A stretch of DNA of 63,472 bases, the filler included, from Welwitschia mirabilis (lineage: Eukaryota), in the NCBI GenBank assembly GCA_051453625.1. It is 6 parts of one record of this genome, joined end to end, with 100 filler letters (N's around TTAATTAATTAA, not from the genome) between each part and the next. Parts side by side here need not be neighbours in the genome. Positions count along the whole stretch, not along the records: positions 9,068 to 39,818 come from JBOZIK010000001.1; 5 more parts are not named here. The stretch is one strand, 5' to 3'. Position numbers and translations under genes: made by a program. The notes beneath the pieces are model-generated. The model searched no databases. It was not told the origin of the DNA and saw nothing but the letters and a program-made list of their open reading frames with translations. Of the stretch, positions 13,088 through 25,728 are shown piece after piece (position 1 is the first letter of the stretch; every line of letters starts with the position of its first letter).

Positions 13088-14961
13088 ATGAGGTATGTTT
13101 TTCTCTCCTCTTGATTTTTCATTTTTTCTCTCTTTTTTTAGCCTTTTGATGTGTAATTTTGACATATATCAATCATTTTATCACACTGTTCATTTTGGGA
13201 CTTACGGATCTGATTTTCACCGCATATTTTTTGAGTTATGATCGCCTTTGTGTATTACGAGGAATTTTCAGGTTTTTACTTTTCGCACTCATGTTCTCAC
13301 AAACCATAAGTCAAATTATAGTAGTCGTTTAGGCAAAATTGATTAGTGCGATGTGCTCTATGACTTTACTAGATTAGATTTTTTATTTGAGTACTTTAAT
13401 TTTTCACTTCTTATGGGGTCCACTACATACATAGTGTTCGAATTTCTTCATTTTTCTGTTTTTTTTTTTTTAATTAAGAAATTTGGGACACATTACATAA
13501 TTTAGGAGGGGGTAGGACATATTTTTAGAATTTTTAATTATTTATCTATTTTAGAGGTCATTATTGTGCATCCATGTGATGTTTTCAACTTGTTTATCTG
13601 TTTTCACATAACGAGTTTAGTGTTTGTAGTTGAGTAGGCCATGTACGCATAGAGCTAGACAAGAAAAGGCTTTAGCTAAGTTTTTAGGGTAGTCAACAGG
13701 CCTTTTGGTTGAACCTAAGATATAGCATGTGGAGCCCACACACCCACCACCTCGACACGGTTGATCCTTGAGCATACAGATAGCTAGCATTCATGTCAAG
13801 AGACATTTTGGTGATTTTATGAGTCGCATAGAGTCATAGGTTAATTAGAGATTAACAAAGTTATAGCTTAGATGAATCACAGATGCACATGGTACATATT
13901 ATGCTTCTGAGACAAGAGAGTTCTATGACACCATGCATTCAGAGAGGCAACTAGAGACTCGTGATCAGCTATAGGACATGATTGTTGCATACATTTGAGA
14001 CCATGAGATTGCTATTCTTCCACCTCACATTGTATTCATCACAGATCTCGAAGGACTTGGGAGCTTACATATTCATTTAGTTAATGTGATAGAGGAGAGT
14101 CGAGCTTATGGGGCCATTTTAGATATTCCAGCTGATATGCCCACTGATCGATAGTGGGTAAATGTTACCTGGCTGACCCCCACATATAGAGTTTTACACA
14201 TAGGAATAATTTATAACATCAGTCCATTATGCCATGATAGTCATGCTATGGTTGTGCATTTACAGATTCTAGTAGCTTTCTGTTAGGGGGAGTAGATGGA
14301 GTTATCGATCTTTATCTAGAGGAGACTTAGGTCTATTATTGAGACATGACATTTATAGACATTTGGTTATTCATGCCTTCTCTTAACTTTATTCAGATAA
14401 TTAGGGATCCCTGATTCCATTGGTAAGCGATGTTTCTCACATATCCAGACTTCTGCTTGCTATTTATAGGATATAGGTATATAGATACCAGGAGAGGCAG
14501 AGAAACCTTAGGTATAGAGACCTGTAGTTGGAGCTTCATTAGAGTAGATCTAGATCCTTCTAGCTGAGACTGCCAAGTCCCTCCAAATATTTGTTCATCA
14601 GAGGTTGCAGAACTTCGAGCAGAGAGTTAAGCAGTGGATCCTATTCTTCGAGCAGAAAGTTAAGTAGTGAATCCTATCCTTCGAGCAGAGAGTTAAGCAA
14701 TGGATACTATCTATTGAGAGGAGAGCATAGCACACAGAGGATCAAACAGTAGACATGCGCCAGCACATTGTCTCCATTTAGCAGAATATGACTGTAAACC
14801 TTCCAGAGTCAGTACGTGTATAGGATGATGAGACAGTTAGGTCTATTATAGCATCTCTTGATGACTGTTTCCCCATAGATCTTAATCATCCTTTTTCCTC
14901 TTCCCCTGCTCCTAAACTAGTTCCTGAACTAGGGTTCATCATGTGTAGACGAGGGGAGTGA
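13088..14961 (+). pseudogene. Spliced accessory ('env-like'/putative plant transposon protein) gene, copy 1: exon 1 13088-13092, intron 13093-13637, exon 2 13638-14961
   Basis: ATGAG|GTATG...GTAG|GCCA joins in frame (MRPCTHRARQEK). One frame with no frameshift to TGA at 14959-14961. Motifs YYASETREFY, LTPTYRVLHIGIIYNISP, GYSCLLLTLF. More than 20 premature stops. Splicing is inferred. Confidence 0.7.
14614..14712 (+). repeat. 3 x 33-bp in-frame tandem repeat (FEQRVKQWIL[F/S])
   Basis: Units start at 14614, 14647 and 14680. Only one unit is present in the copies near 36600 and 57400. Confidence 0.92.
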
Positions 14962-15478
14962 TTTTATATTATATTTTGTATCTCCCCTTCTACACTTTTT
15001 TTTACTAAAAAAGATCTCATTATTATATAGACATATCATTTCGTTTCAGCATGGTGTAATATTTTTATCTGATTTTTACATGATTATCTATCAACTTTTT
15101 TTTAATGATAAGGATTACATATTTTGGGTAAAATTTTATAATTAAANNNNNNNNNNTATCACAGTGGGGGGTTATTTATCATGATTAATTAATTAACTAA
15201 GAAAATCAATTTCTATCGTAGGTTTTAATTTTGAAAACCCTTTGCAAGGCCTATCGTAACCTATATCGTCTAGATGATAGGACAGATGACCAAACTTTGA
15301 TGCATAATAAGTGTTTTGTTCAGTGTTCTTAATTCTTTAAAAATTCAGTCTATCTCTGAAATATTTTTTAAATATTTTTGAGATAATTTATTTAGGTATC
15401 CTAGTTACTTTTATTGTCTAAATAAGTTGGCTCGCAAATAAGGTTTACCACCTCGTTTTGTTAGGGACTGACAAAGCT

Positions 15479-15491
15479 AAGTGGAGGGCTA
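15479..15491 (+). other. Polypurine tract of A1
   Basis: aagtggagggcta immediately before the LTR TG. Confidence 0.8.
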
Positions 15492-16591
15492 TGTTGCGAT
15501 GCCAACTTACATGTATTTAATAGGATATTCTGAGTTGTTTTTCAAGTAAATTGGCAGATAAATGCTTGGATTTCATGATAATAGAGAAGCGAGATGAAAA
15601 GAATGGAAATATGCAATTTCCTAGATAAATTACAAGCATTCCAGGCGAATACAAATAAATAGTATTTTGGATAATAATTTCCTACAAATAATAAGGTTAA
15701 AGCATTGATGGAAGACCCATTAAAAGGCTATCATCCACATAATTGTCCGGATGATGTAACGGATGATAATGCCACTGCATGATGACAGGTCTGATAGACA
15801 GTCAGACTGATAGCAGATGGGATTTAACTATGAGTTGGCATTGTCTCTTATATTGTTCAGACGACTAGCTGGAAAATGCTGATAGTAATGCCTGCACTGA
15901 ATGTTCACCTAAACTTTTGCCACCTATTCTGATTTCTTTCTACAAGACAGATATGATTTCCCCTCCTATACCTTTCTATCAATTTCATTTCATGTTTTGA
16001 GTTAATAAATAGAGATTTCCCCCTTGACTCCTGATCATCTTTGATTATACCCAACATACTCATGACAGGAGATCGAGAGACCAGAGAACCATCCTATAAT
16101 TTCAGAGAGATGTTTCCTTAGTGTTGGGTAGTATTTTCCTCCATTGAGGTATGCCTACTTTGTAATACAGATGTGGTGTGCATTTTAATGTAAAACATTT
16201 CTTTTATGTTCAATGTATGAATGATCTTCTCCCTCATAGTTTATGTTATTTTAGATTTAATGACAAGCTTCTCTTATAATATAGATTATGAGAGAAAATT
16301 TTGTCAAGGTTGTTCTTGGTTAGTTTAGATGCATTGTTATTTTCTTTCCTAGATTAATCTTACACAAGTGTGTTTTATTTCATTTNNNNNNNNNNNNNNN
16401 NNNNNNNNNNNNNNNNNNNNNNNNNNNNNNNNNNNNNNNNNNNNNNCTTTTATTTTCATACTTTGGCCTTCAAGGGATTATGACATTCGAGTCACTCTCG
16501 TCTATATTAATGTATTGTTTTTGTGCATATTATTTATAGTTAATAGGATTCTAATCAAGATATAAACATTGCATAAATACACACCGTAACA
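15492..16591 (+). repeat. 3' LTR of A1 (~1.1 kb)
   Basis: TGTTGCG...CCGTAACA termini; homologous to 32708-33716, 34730-35824 (rc) and 55520-56612 (rc). Confidence 0.9.
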
Positions 16592-19500
16592 CTTTTTAAT
16601 CTCTCTATTCATATTTTTGGCTTGGTCACTAATTTGAGGATTATAAGCATATGCAGTTATATGTTCAATTCCAACGGATAAAAGAAGTTTCTAAAATAAA
16701 ATAATTTTCTTAATTACTAATGATAATTCTAGAAAAACCAAAACATTGAAAGATATGAGTTCAGANNNNNNNNNNNNNNNNNNNNNNNNNNNNNNNNNNN
16801 NNNNNNNNNNNNNNNNNNNNNNNNNNNNNNNNNNNNNNNNNNNNNNNNNNNNNNNNNNNNNNNNNNNNNNNNNNNNNNNNNNNNNNNNNNNNNNNNNNNN
16901 NNNNNNNNNNNNNNNGTTTACATTTAGGCATAGGTTTAAGGGGTGTATCTTAAAAATGAGTTAGGATACTATAACGTTGACAAGCATTACACCTTCTAGC
17001 AAAGTCAAAAGAGTCTTTAAAGAGGGTAGGCCAATAAAAACTAGAATGAAGAATTTTTATTATAGTATTTTAGCCACTAAAGTATTTCCCACATAGCTTA
17101 CAATGACAAAGGTTAAGAATCTCTAAGCTTTTCCATTCAGACATACATTTACACATGATTTGGTCTTTGCATCTTTAATAAAGATTAAATTCATTCTACT
17201 TATAGTCACCAATCCTATGGAGAAAAGACTTTCATTCATTATGATTCTAATGCTAAGATGTTTTCATGGTAATAAGGTAATTCATAATATTAGCATATCA
17301 AGGAGCAAGATGAGTAAAAGAGATGGCCTACAGTTGTTCATAGCAAATAGCTGTTCATTTAGAAAGGAGTCATTTATGGAAAGTTCATCATGAGAACAAC
17401 AGAGTCGAGATAAGTGATCTATAATGCTAATATGTTTTCTAATCTTATCAATGATGGTAAAATTAAATTCTTAAATGAGAAGGATCTACCTAATAAGTCT
17501 GATACTAAAATCTTTGTTAGTCATAAGATAGCATATGGTTGCATTATCTATGCAAACATTAGCATGAAATCCAACAAGATAGTGTATAAGATGAGAAATG
17601 CAAAAGATGATGATAGGCATTTCCTTTTAGTAGTAGTATAGTTGGATTGGGATTTGGACAAGGTTTTACTAAGATAGGATATAAGTTTAAGATCATTTTT
17701 ACATTTTGGCCAAGAATCCCATCCATATCAATGTTACTTGAGTTGCACATGAGTTTAAAATATCTACTCTGAGTGGGACCCATGATAATAGGTTTAGAAG
17801 NNNNNNNNNNNNNNNNNNNNNNNNNNNNNNNNNNNNNNNNNNNNNNNNNNNNNNNNNNNNNNNNNNNNNNNNNNNNNNNNNNNNNNNNNNNNNNNNNNNN
17901 NNNNNNNNNNNNNNNNNNNNNNNNNNNNNNNNNNNNNNNNNNNNNNNNNNNNNNNNNNNNNNNNNNNNNNNNNNNNNNNNNNNNNNNNNNNNNNNNNNNN
18001 NNNNNNNNNNNNNNNNNNNNNNNNNNNNNNNNNNNNNNNNNNNNNNNNNNNNNNNNNNNNNNNNNNNNNNNNNNNNNNNNNNNNNNNNNNNNNNNNNNNN
18101 NNNNNNNNNNNNNNNNNNNNNNNNNNNNNNNNNNNNNNNNNNNNNNNNNNNNNNNNNNNNNNNNNNNNNNNNNNNNNNNNNNNNNNNNNNNNNNNNNNNN
18201 NNNNNNNNNNNNNNNNNNNNNNNNNNNNNNNNNNNNNNNNNNNNNNNNNNNNNNNNNNNNNNNNNNNNNNNNNNNNNNNNNNNNNNNNNNNNNNNNNNNN
18301 NNNNNNNNNNNNNNNNNNNNNNNTGTATTAAAAGCAAGTTGATATGAATCATTCTAATCAAATTTAGCTTCTTTTTTAGTAATAAGTGAAGGGATTTATA
18401 AATGTTAGCATAATGATGAATAAAATGATAATAGAAACTAGCATGATCAAGGAATGATCTAATTTATTTGATATCAGTTAAAGGGTTAAGATTTTTAATG
18501 ATATCAACTTTCGCAGGGTCCATCTTAATCCCTTCATTATAAATTTGGTGACCTAAAATAATTCCATTGTTGACAAGGAGGAAACTTCTTTTCTAGCTCA
18601 AGTGTAGGCCACTCTTTATACATCAATTTAAGACTTTCTCTAATCTTTCTATGATTTGTTAAAAAATTTTACTAAAGATGAAGAAATCATCCATAAATAT
18701 TTCAATAATATCCTCTATCATATTAGAAAAAATCCCCATCATTACTCGTTGGAAAGTTCCAAGGGCATTGCAAAGTCTAAAAGGCATTCTTCTAAAAGCA
18801 AAGGTTCCAAAGGGGGAGGTAAAAGTTATTTTTTCTTAGTCTTCACTTGCTATGAAAACTTGATTGTAACTACTATACCCATCAATAAAATAATAGTAGG
18901 CATTCCCTTGGATTCTATTAAGCACTTGATCAAGAAAGGGTAAAGGGTAATAATCCTTCTTAGTATCCTCATTAAGTTTTCTAAAATCAATGCACATTCT
19001 TATTTTCCACTCTTTTTGAAACTATTATTAAAGGGCTAGTCCACTAACTATCAGATATAGCACAGATGATCCTAGCATCCATAAGTTTAATAATTTCATC
19101 TTTAACTACTTACTTAAGGATTGGTTTGAGTCTTCGTTGGGGTTGCCTAAGAGGTTTAGCATTATTCTCAAGGTAGATTTGGTGTTGGACTATGGAAAGA
19201 GGAATGGAAGATAAGTCTTTATGGGCCCAAGTAAAAGAATATTCTTTAAAAGTCAAAAGTGAGATCAGGCTAGATTCTTATTAAGGAATAAGAATATTAC
19301 TTATTATTAAAGGTTTATTTAGGTTTTTAAATAAAAAAATGTATTTTAGACCTTTGGGAAATCCTTTTAGTTCTAAGTTGGAATTTTTAGTTTAGGTGCT
19401 AAATTGCCATTAATGACTGTCATCTGAGGATGTTGTGGGGATGACATCAGAGGATGACATCCTTTAAAAAGATTTTCCATTAAGTAAACATGTTGTATTT

Positions 19501-21722
19501 TCTCCCAGTTGAAAAATTATTCGTTCTCATGCTCAAGATAGTGTATTTCAGCCAGGGTATCATATAAAATTGGTTCATGCAGCATTAATATTCTCTACTC
19601 AATTGGGCGATGCTATAAAAAGAAGGCTAGTTTAAGTTCTTCTTCTAAGTTATACTCATCTTCTATTTCGTTTTTGGTAGCATTAAAAACTTGAATGATG
19701 AACTTTTTATTACCTATGTCACATACCATCATTCTGGTCTGTGTGTCAATGATACAGTGAACAGTTGCATAAAAGGCTCTTCATAGGAGTAGTGGATAAT
19801 CTCCATCATATTCCACCTCAATGATGACTACATCTATGGGGTAAAAATCTTCCTCTATTTGGATAACTAAGTCATTGATAATTCCTAAGGGTTACTTAAT
19901 TGAGGTATCAACTAATTTCAAGATGATTCATGTAAGTTCCAATTTGTTTTTCTAACCCCAAGTCTTTTACATATGTGAAGAGGCATGATGTTTACACTAG
20001 TCTCTATGTTAATTAAAGCTTGTTGAATCCTTTTATTTCTTTTTAAGGTGACACTTACTATTGCTGCCCTAGGGTCTTTAAATTTAGGACACTTTTTCAT
20101 CACTAATTTGAATATAGATTGAGCAAGGAAAACATTACTACGAATGGTACATTTTTATTTTCTTCTTACTAGGTCTTTCTACAACTTAGAATATTTAGGA
20201 TTTTCTTACAAGAATTTCTAAAGAGATAAGTTGATTTTTATCTCTTACATTAAGGCCTTTAAGTACTCATTATAGGTAGCATGCATGTTTAATCTATTAA
20301 GCCAAGAAATACATGGTTTCTTCACTTTGTTTTCTTATAAAGAATTTTTAGTAATGGGCTTAGCATGTGATGTTGATGGAAAGATATATATGTCCAAAAT
20401 TTCTACATCATCTTCTTCATTAATTTTTTAATTATTTTTGAAATTTAAAATCTTATAGGTAGGAGGTATTGTATCATTTCCACTTCTTATTACTATCTGC
20501 AAATCTCTCTTAACTTCATTTGGATTAAGTAAAAGTTAAGATATAAGATACCTTTGTGGTCTTCGATTGATGAGAATTATTTGTTGGAGCACATTCACTA
20601 AGTTTTCAATATTATTATTAGTCTTTTCTTACATCTTTTTCAATTCTTCTATGAAATTTCTAAGTGGATCATTTTGCTTTAGTTGAAGATTGGGGTTATT
20701 TGGTTAGAAGTTTGAATTCCTGAATTTATTCTCAAAAGGTTTCCATTGTGATTATCCACCTAATCTTTGTTGAAATTGTGATTGAATTTTAAAGTTAGGT
20801 ATTCTTTTATTGAATGCACATACTACCTCAAACATCCTCTCTTTACAAGTTGGTAATAAAGGACACTCTTTAGTTTGATGAGAGTTATTTTTTACAAATA
20901 TTACATGTTGAAGTTATGTTGTCATCTTTTATTATCTTTGCATCAACTATAATTTGAGTGTACTTATCCAAAGTGGTATGAAATTCTTAATTATATTATT
21001 TAAATCATCTTTCTCTTCTTCCTTGTCATGTTTTACTTTCTTTAAATCTTTTATGATTTGGCCTACAGTTTGATTTTGCTTACAAGTGGATTTTGGTCAA
21101 GTTGAACTTATTTTTACTAGATTTTACAATAGATTCCATGCATCATTTAAAATTAAGTTCATCAAGTTACCACCATAAGAAAAATCTACAAGTTATTTTG
21201 TTTGAGTAGTTAATCCACTGTAGAAATAATCTATCAATTTGTTTTTTACAGAATTCATTAATAGGATTGGAATGGATAACTATGATAAAACACTCATAAG
21301 TTATGGCATAATCCTTGTGAGGTTGTTGTTGAAAGTTGATAACTTTCTTCCTTCTTTTTCTCATGGTAATTTTGCTCAAAATTCTTTTAATGAAACTTCT
21401 TGCGATTGATTCCATGATTTAAGACTCTCATGTGAAATGGTTTTAAACCAAAGTTTTGCCTTTTCTCTAAGCATGACTAGAAAGATAATCATGTAAATAT
21501 GATTACTAATGTGTTTCTTCCCATTTTCTAAGATAAGTACAAGTTGTTCTATGTTGGCTAAATGTTGAAGAGGATATTCTTTAGGTTCCTCCAAAAATAT
21601 TAGATAGACACTCAAGTTTTTTAATTATATGTCATCACCAGTAGGTAGATTAAAAGGATTTTGGATTTTATAATTTCTATTATAAATTAAATCTCTAAGT
21701 GTATTATTTGCATTTGAAGTTG
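16592..21722 (-). pseudogene. gag-PR-RT-RH-INT remnant of host Athila-like element H
   Basis: gag (YPLQHLANIE, LREKAKLWF), protease (KFKDPRA, ALINIETSVNIMP), RT ~18330-19260 (IFMDDF), RNase H ~17400-17800, integrase (AYAYNPQ...NREIKK) cut at 16592. Confidence 0.9.
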
Positions 21723-23188
21723 TATTAGATTATATTTTACCAATTAACATCAAACTAATGTTTTTTGTATAGCAAATTTTGTGCATTTTGTCCAAAAGAT
21801 ATGACATTACTTGCAGGTTAGAGATGGAACTAAATTGATTAATTTCTAAGCATTAGAAATCTATTATTTTATTTATCTCAAGATGGGATCGATCGGATTT
21901 TGATGGGATTGACTAAAACTGTAAACTCATGAAACCAGTGTCCCTAAACTGAATGGTAAGGGGTCGACTAGACCTGTAATGGTTTCGACTAGATTTGAAT
22001 ACCTCACAGACAGTATCCTTGGATTGAATGATAAGGGATCGACTAGATCTATGATGGGGTTTGCTGGACCTGTGCACTATGCAGCTAGTACGCCTAGATC
22101 AATTGTCATGGGGGGTTAAGCAGAACTAGGATGGGGTCGACTAGATTCAATGTAAGAAATAGGAAAGATTTTTTATCAACAAAGCAAGTGACTGGATAAA
22201 TAGTAGGCAACCAGACTGGGATTTACCGGACCCAGATGGAGTCGACCGAATAGGAAGGCATAAGAAATTGAAGTGACCGAATTTCTCTCTCAGATGACTT
22301 GTGTAACTCATGACACCACATGAGGTCAACCGGATTTTTGTGCAATCGACTAGACAGAGCAGAAAAGAAGTTTTTATAAACATTACATATTTGTTATGTA
22401 GTAGTTAGTAGCCATTTTCTACCCTTTTGTAGCCATTAGATGTGCAAATCAAATGTAATAAACCCTAAAAGCCTTCTATTATAAATACATAAGCCATAAA
22501 GGATAAAAGAACCTTTTGACCTTTCTTAATCTTTTGGAACTATTCTAATTTTGGTCAAATCTATTGGATCTAAAGGATCAAGTATTAGATTGATGTGATT
22601 ATCATTGTTGTATCTTTGCATTCACATTTCTAACTAAAGGAGATCTAATATTGGCATACTCTCTACATTTAAGGTTATATCTAGAGCTTCATTGGTTGTA
22701 CTTCTCTAAGAGGAGAGATTCATTAAATGTACTGATTCTAGAATGAGTGATATCTATGCTTTTAAGGCATCACTGCATCACTACCCTATGTGCTAAAGGT
22801 TGAGGCTAAGCCTTGAAAATCTTGTGCTAAAGGTTAAGACTAAGATTTGAAAAGTCCATTTTAAAGGTTGAGACTTAGCCTTGGAAAATTCTATTTATAA
22901 AGGTTTCAGGTAAACCTGGAATACCTAGTGGAGTAACAAAGATATGAGATCTAGCTTGGGATAAGTTGATCATCGAGAGTGGAGTAGGAGGTTTCCCAAA
23001 CCACTCTAAATCCAACTTGCATCAAAGTGGTATTTTGTGATTTCAGTTTTCAATTCTTTACTTATTGTGCACTTCTTATAATAGTTTATTTATTTATTCA
23101 AGTTGTGTTTTAGATTGTTTTCTTTCAAATTATTTGTTAAAAATTTAAAAGAACCTATTTACCCCCCTCATGGTTCTCGATCCTATCA
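21723..23188 (+). repeat. Sirevirus LTR1
   Basis: TATTAG (decayed TGTTG)...CCTATCA; GTCGAC motif array; TATA (tataaata, ~22480); 3 x ~35-bp repeats at ~22795-22900. Confidence 0.9.
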
Positions 23189-23190
23189 TT

Positions 23191-23202
23191 TGGTATTAGA
23201 GC
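23191..23202 (+). other. Primer binding site (tRNA-iMet type)
   Basis: tggtattagagc versus canonical TGGTATCAGAGC. Confidence 0.85.
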
Positions 23203-23253
23203 TAAATTAAATCTATGATAGATTTTAACTAATCTTAACCCTAGAACTCTAAA

Positions 23254-25270
23254 ATGAGTAACCCTTTTAATGGTTTTTCAACTGGGCATCCACCTACATT
23301 TGATGAGTTGAACTATGTTTATTAAAAAGCTAGCATGAGAATATTTTTTAGATCCTTAGATGCTAACATAGAAAAAGTCATCTACAAAGGTTATACTATG
23401 CCTATGTTAACCCAAACTAATGTAAATGGCAATATTATCCTAGTTTCCAAATCCCAAGACCAATGGATAGCCACAGATAAGTCAAAAACCACCATAGATG
23501 CCTATGCTCTTAGTGCAATTTTTTGTGTAATGTGTGCAGATAAGTTCAAATGATTAGTGAATTGTAACCATGCTAAGAAAGCTTGGGACATTCTTGAAGT
23601 AGCACATGAAGGAACTTTAACTATTAAACAAGCTAAACTCTAGATGATCATCTCTAAATTTGAAGATATCCATATGGATGAAGAAGAAACATTGCAGGAA
23701 TTTTTTACTAGACTTATTAATATTGTGAACTAAATGACAAGCCTTGGAGAATGCACGGAGGAAAGAAAAGTGGTAAGGAAAGTCTTGAGATCCCTACCCA
23801 AGAGATTCCAACGAAAGGTCATAGACATCAAAGAGAGTAAGAACATTAATGCAATGGCATTGGAATAACTTCAAGGTAATTTATAAACCTATAAACTTAA
23901 ATTTGTTAAAGATAAAAGAAAAGGTATTGCTTTACAATGTGTGTAAAAAGACTATAGATCTAACAGATCATATGAAAAATTTGATGATGATGAAGTGGCT
24001 TTTCTAGCTAGAAGATTCAGAAAATTTCTTCATAGGAAGAAAAAGGAAGAATAATCAAGTAGGAATGTAAAGAAAAGTCATCCAAAATAAAGAAGGGAGC
24101 AAGAAAAGATGAAATAAATCTAATGATACTCATGCAAAGGATTTGGACATACAACAAATGAGTGCCTTGACATAAGGAGAGATAAAAAAAAGTTAAAGAA
24201 TCCCTCATTCATGGCTACTTGGGATAATGAAGATGACAGGATGAGGAAAGTTATTCAGAACATGAATCAGACAGAGATAGAAGGTTATCTTTTCTGGCTT
24301 TTGTGCCATCACTCAAAAATGTTCCTAGCACATCAATGCCTGATGATTTGGATATAATCAATAAAGAAGAGGATGAGTTAGAAAACATATGTCAAGAGTT
24401 GTATAAGAAATTTGAAAAGCTAGCTAAGAGAATAAATAAGTTAAACAAAACAATGAAGACTATTAGTAAAGAAAAAGAGGAATTGGAAGAGAAATATAAT
24501 GTGCTTAAATCTGACAACATCAATCTAATTTCTCAAGTAAAATATCTTTCCTTTTCTGTAAATAATTTTTTTGGTAGCTTTTCTAAATTGGAACAGATGC
24601 TTGGAGTACGAAAACCCATTGGAGACAAATCAAGTATTGGCTTTAGTTCATAAAAATCACAGGAACAGGTAAATCAGAAGAGTAAATATGTTTCTAATCT
24701 TTCATACAATTTTTGTGGTAAATTTGGTCATTCAAAGACTTTTTGCAAAGTTAGACAATTAATGTTTTTCTCTAAAACTATAAACACTTTGCCTTTTAAG
24801 TTTGTTCCTAAGAAAAGTATATCACCTAAGTCTAATAAGACTAAGTAGATTAAAGCTAACAATCTTTAAAGTTTTCTGACATAAATAGATCTCAAAGGAC
24901 CACATACGATCAGTTGGTATCTAGACAGTGGTTACTCAAGGCATATGTCAGGAGAAAAATCAATCTTTCAACATCTAAAGAACATAAATGGAGGAGAAGT
25001 TATCCTTAGAAACAACAAAATGGTAAAATAGAAGGTACTAGATGCATCAAGAGAGGTAAGTTACCTAAACTTGATGATGTTCTTTATGTTAATGGATTGA
25101 AACATAATTTAATTAATGTGAGTCAATTATGTGATAAAGTTCATAAAGTAATATTCGAAAAATCAAAGTGAAATGTTGTAGATGAAAAAATAAATACTTC
25201 TATTTTTTCTGCAAAACATGTGGATAGTACTTATAAATTAAATGTTAAATTAATTGATCAGTTATTCCAT
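23254..25270 (+). pseudogene. Sirevirus gag + protease (internal domain A); INT/RT/RH absent
   Basis: MSNPFNGFSTGHPPTFDELNYVY*KASMRIF, AKKAWDILEVAHEG, KVLRSLPKRF, knuckle-like FCGKFGHSKTFC, protease WYLDSGYSRHMSG. No integrase or RT follows. Confidence 0.9.
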
Positions 25271-25728
25271 GTAAACCACGATGTTAGGATAAATTTTGAT
25301 AGAACTAAATGTTTGTTTATAAATTCTGATGTAATACCCGTAATCAATCTGTTAATTATGCAAATGATCTAAGAGTCCAGTCATCATCCCTTGGCTGATT
25401 ACAGGGCAGTCGATTGGATGTGATTGATCGACCAACTTGAAAGCCCTGTCACCCAAACCCCTTCCCGCGTCTCAGCGAGTCGACTGGAACCTCAAGCGAT
25501 CAACTGGATCTGACGGATTATAGTGTGGAAGTATAGTTGGTGGACCCGATTTCTTTCTTCATTTCGTCCTATTTTACTCAGTCTATAAAAGAGATAGAAC
25601 CCTAACTTGATTTCATTATATTCTAGCCCTCTCTAGCTCTTAGATCTAGTGCTTTTCTTTTAAGATCTAGAGCTCTTGCTTCCAGATCTAGTGATTTTCT
25701 TAATTATTATTACTTGGAAAGTCTTGAA

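Larger units (their letters stand above)
9068..16591 (+). mobile_element. Athila-like element A1 (pol end, long 3' region with accessory gene, PPT, 3' LTR), inserted into the integrase of host element H
   Basis: Domain order is consistent across the 10612-11496 gap. 11497-16591 is colinear with the reverse complements of 34730-39818 and 55520-60962. Confidence 0.8.

Noticed and set aside
14614-14712. 33-bp repeats as CRISPR repeats
   Set aside because: Head-to-tail with no spacers and in frame within an ORF.
18656-18943. Plus-strand ORFs here and at 61221-61508 as a conserved gene
   Set aside because: Antisense shadows of conserved RT codons.
21885-22350. Spaced GTCGAC-containing repeats as a CRISPR array
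   Set aside because: Short degenerate motifs with irregular spacing inside a plant LTR, duplicated in LTR2, with no cas genes.
25330-25345. TGTAATACCC as the start of a nested gypsy LTR
   Set aside because: No matching LTR end, PBS or TSD found.
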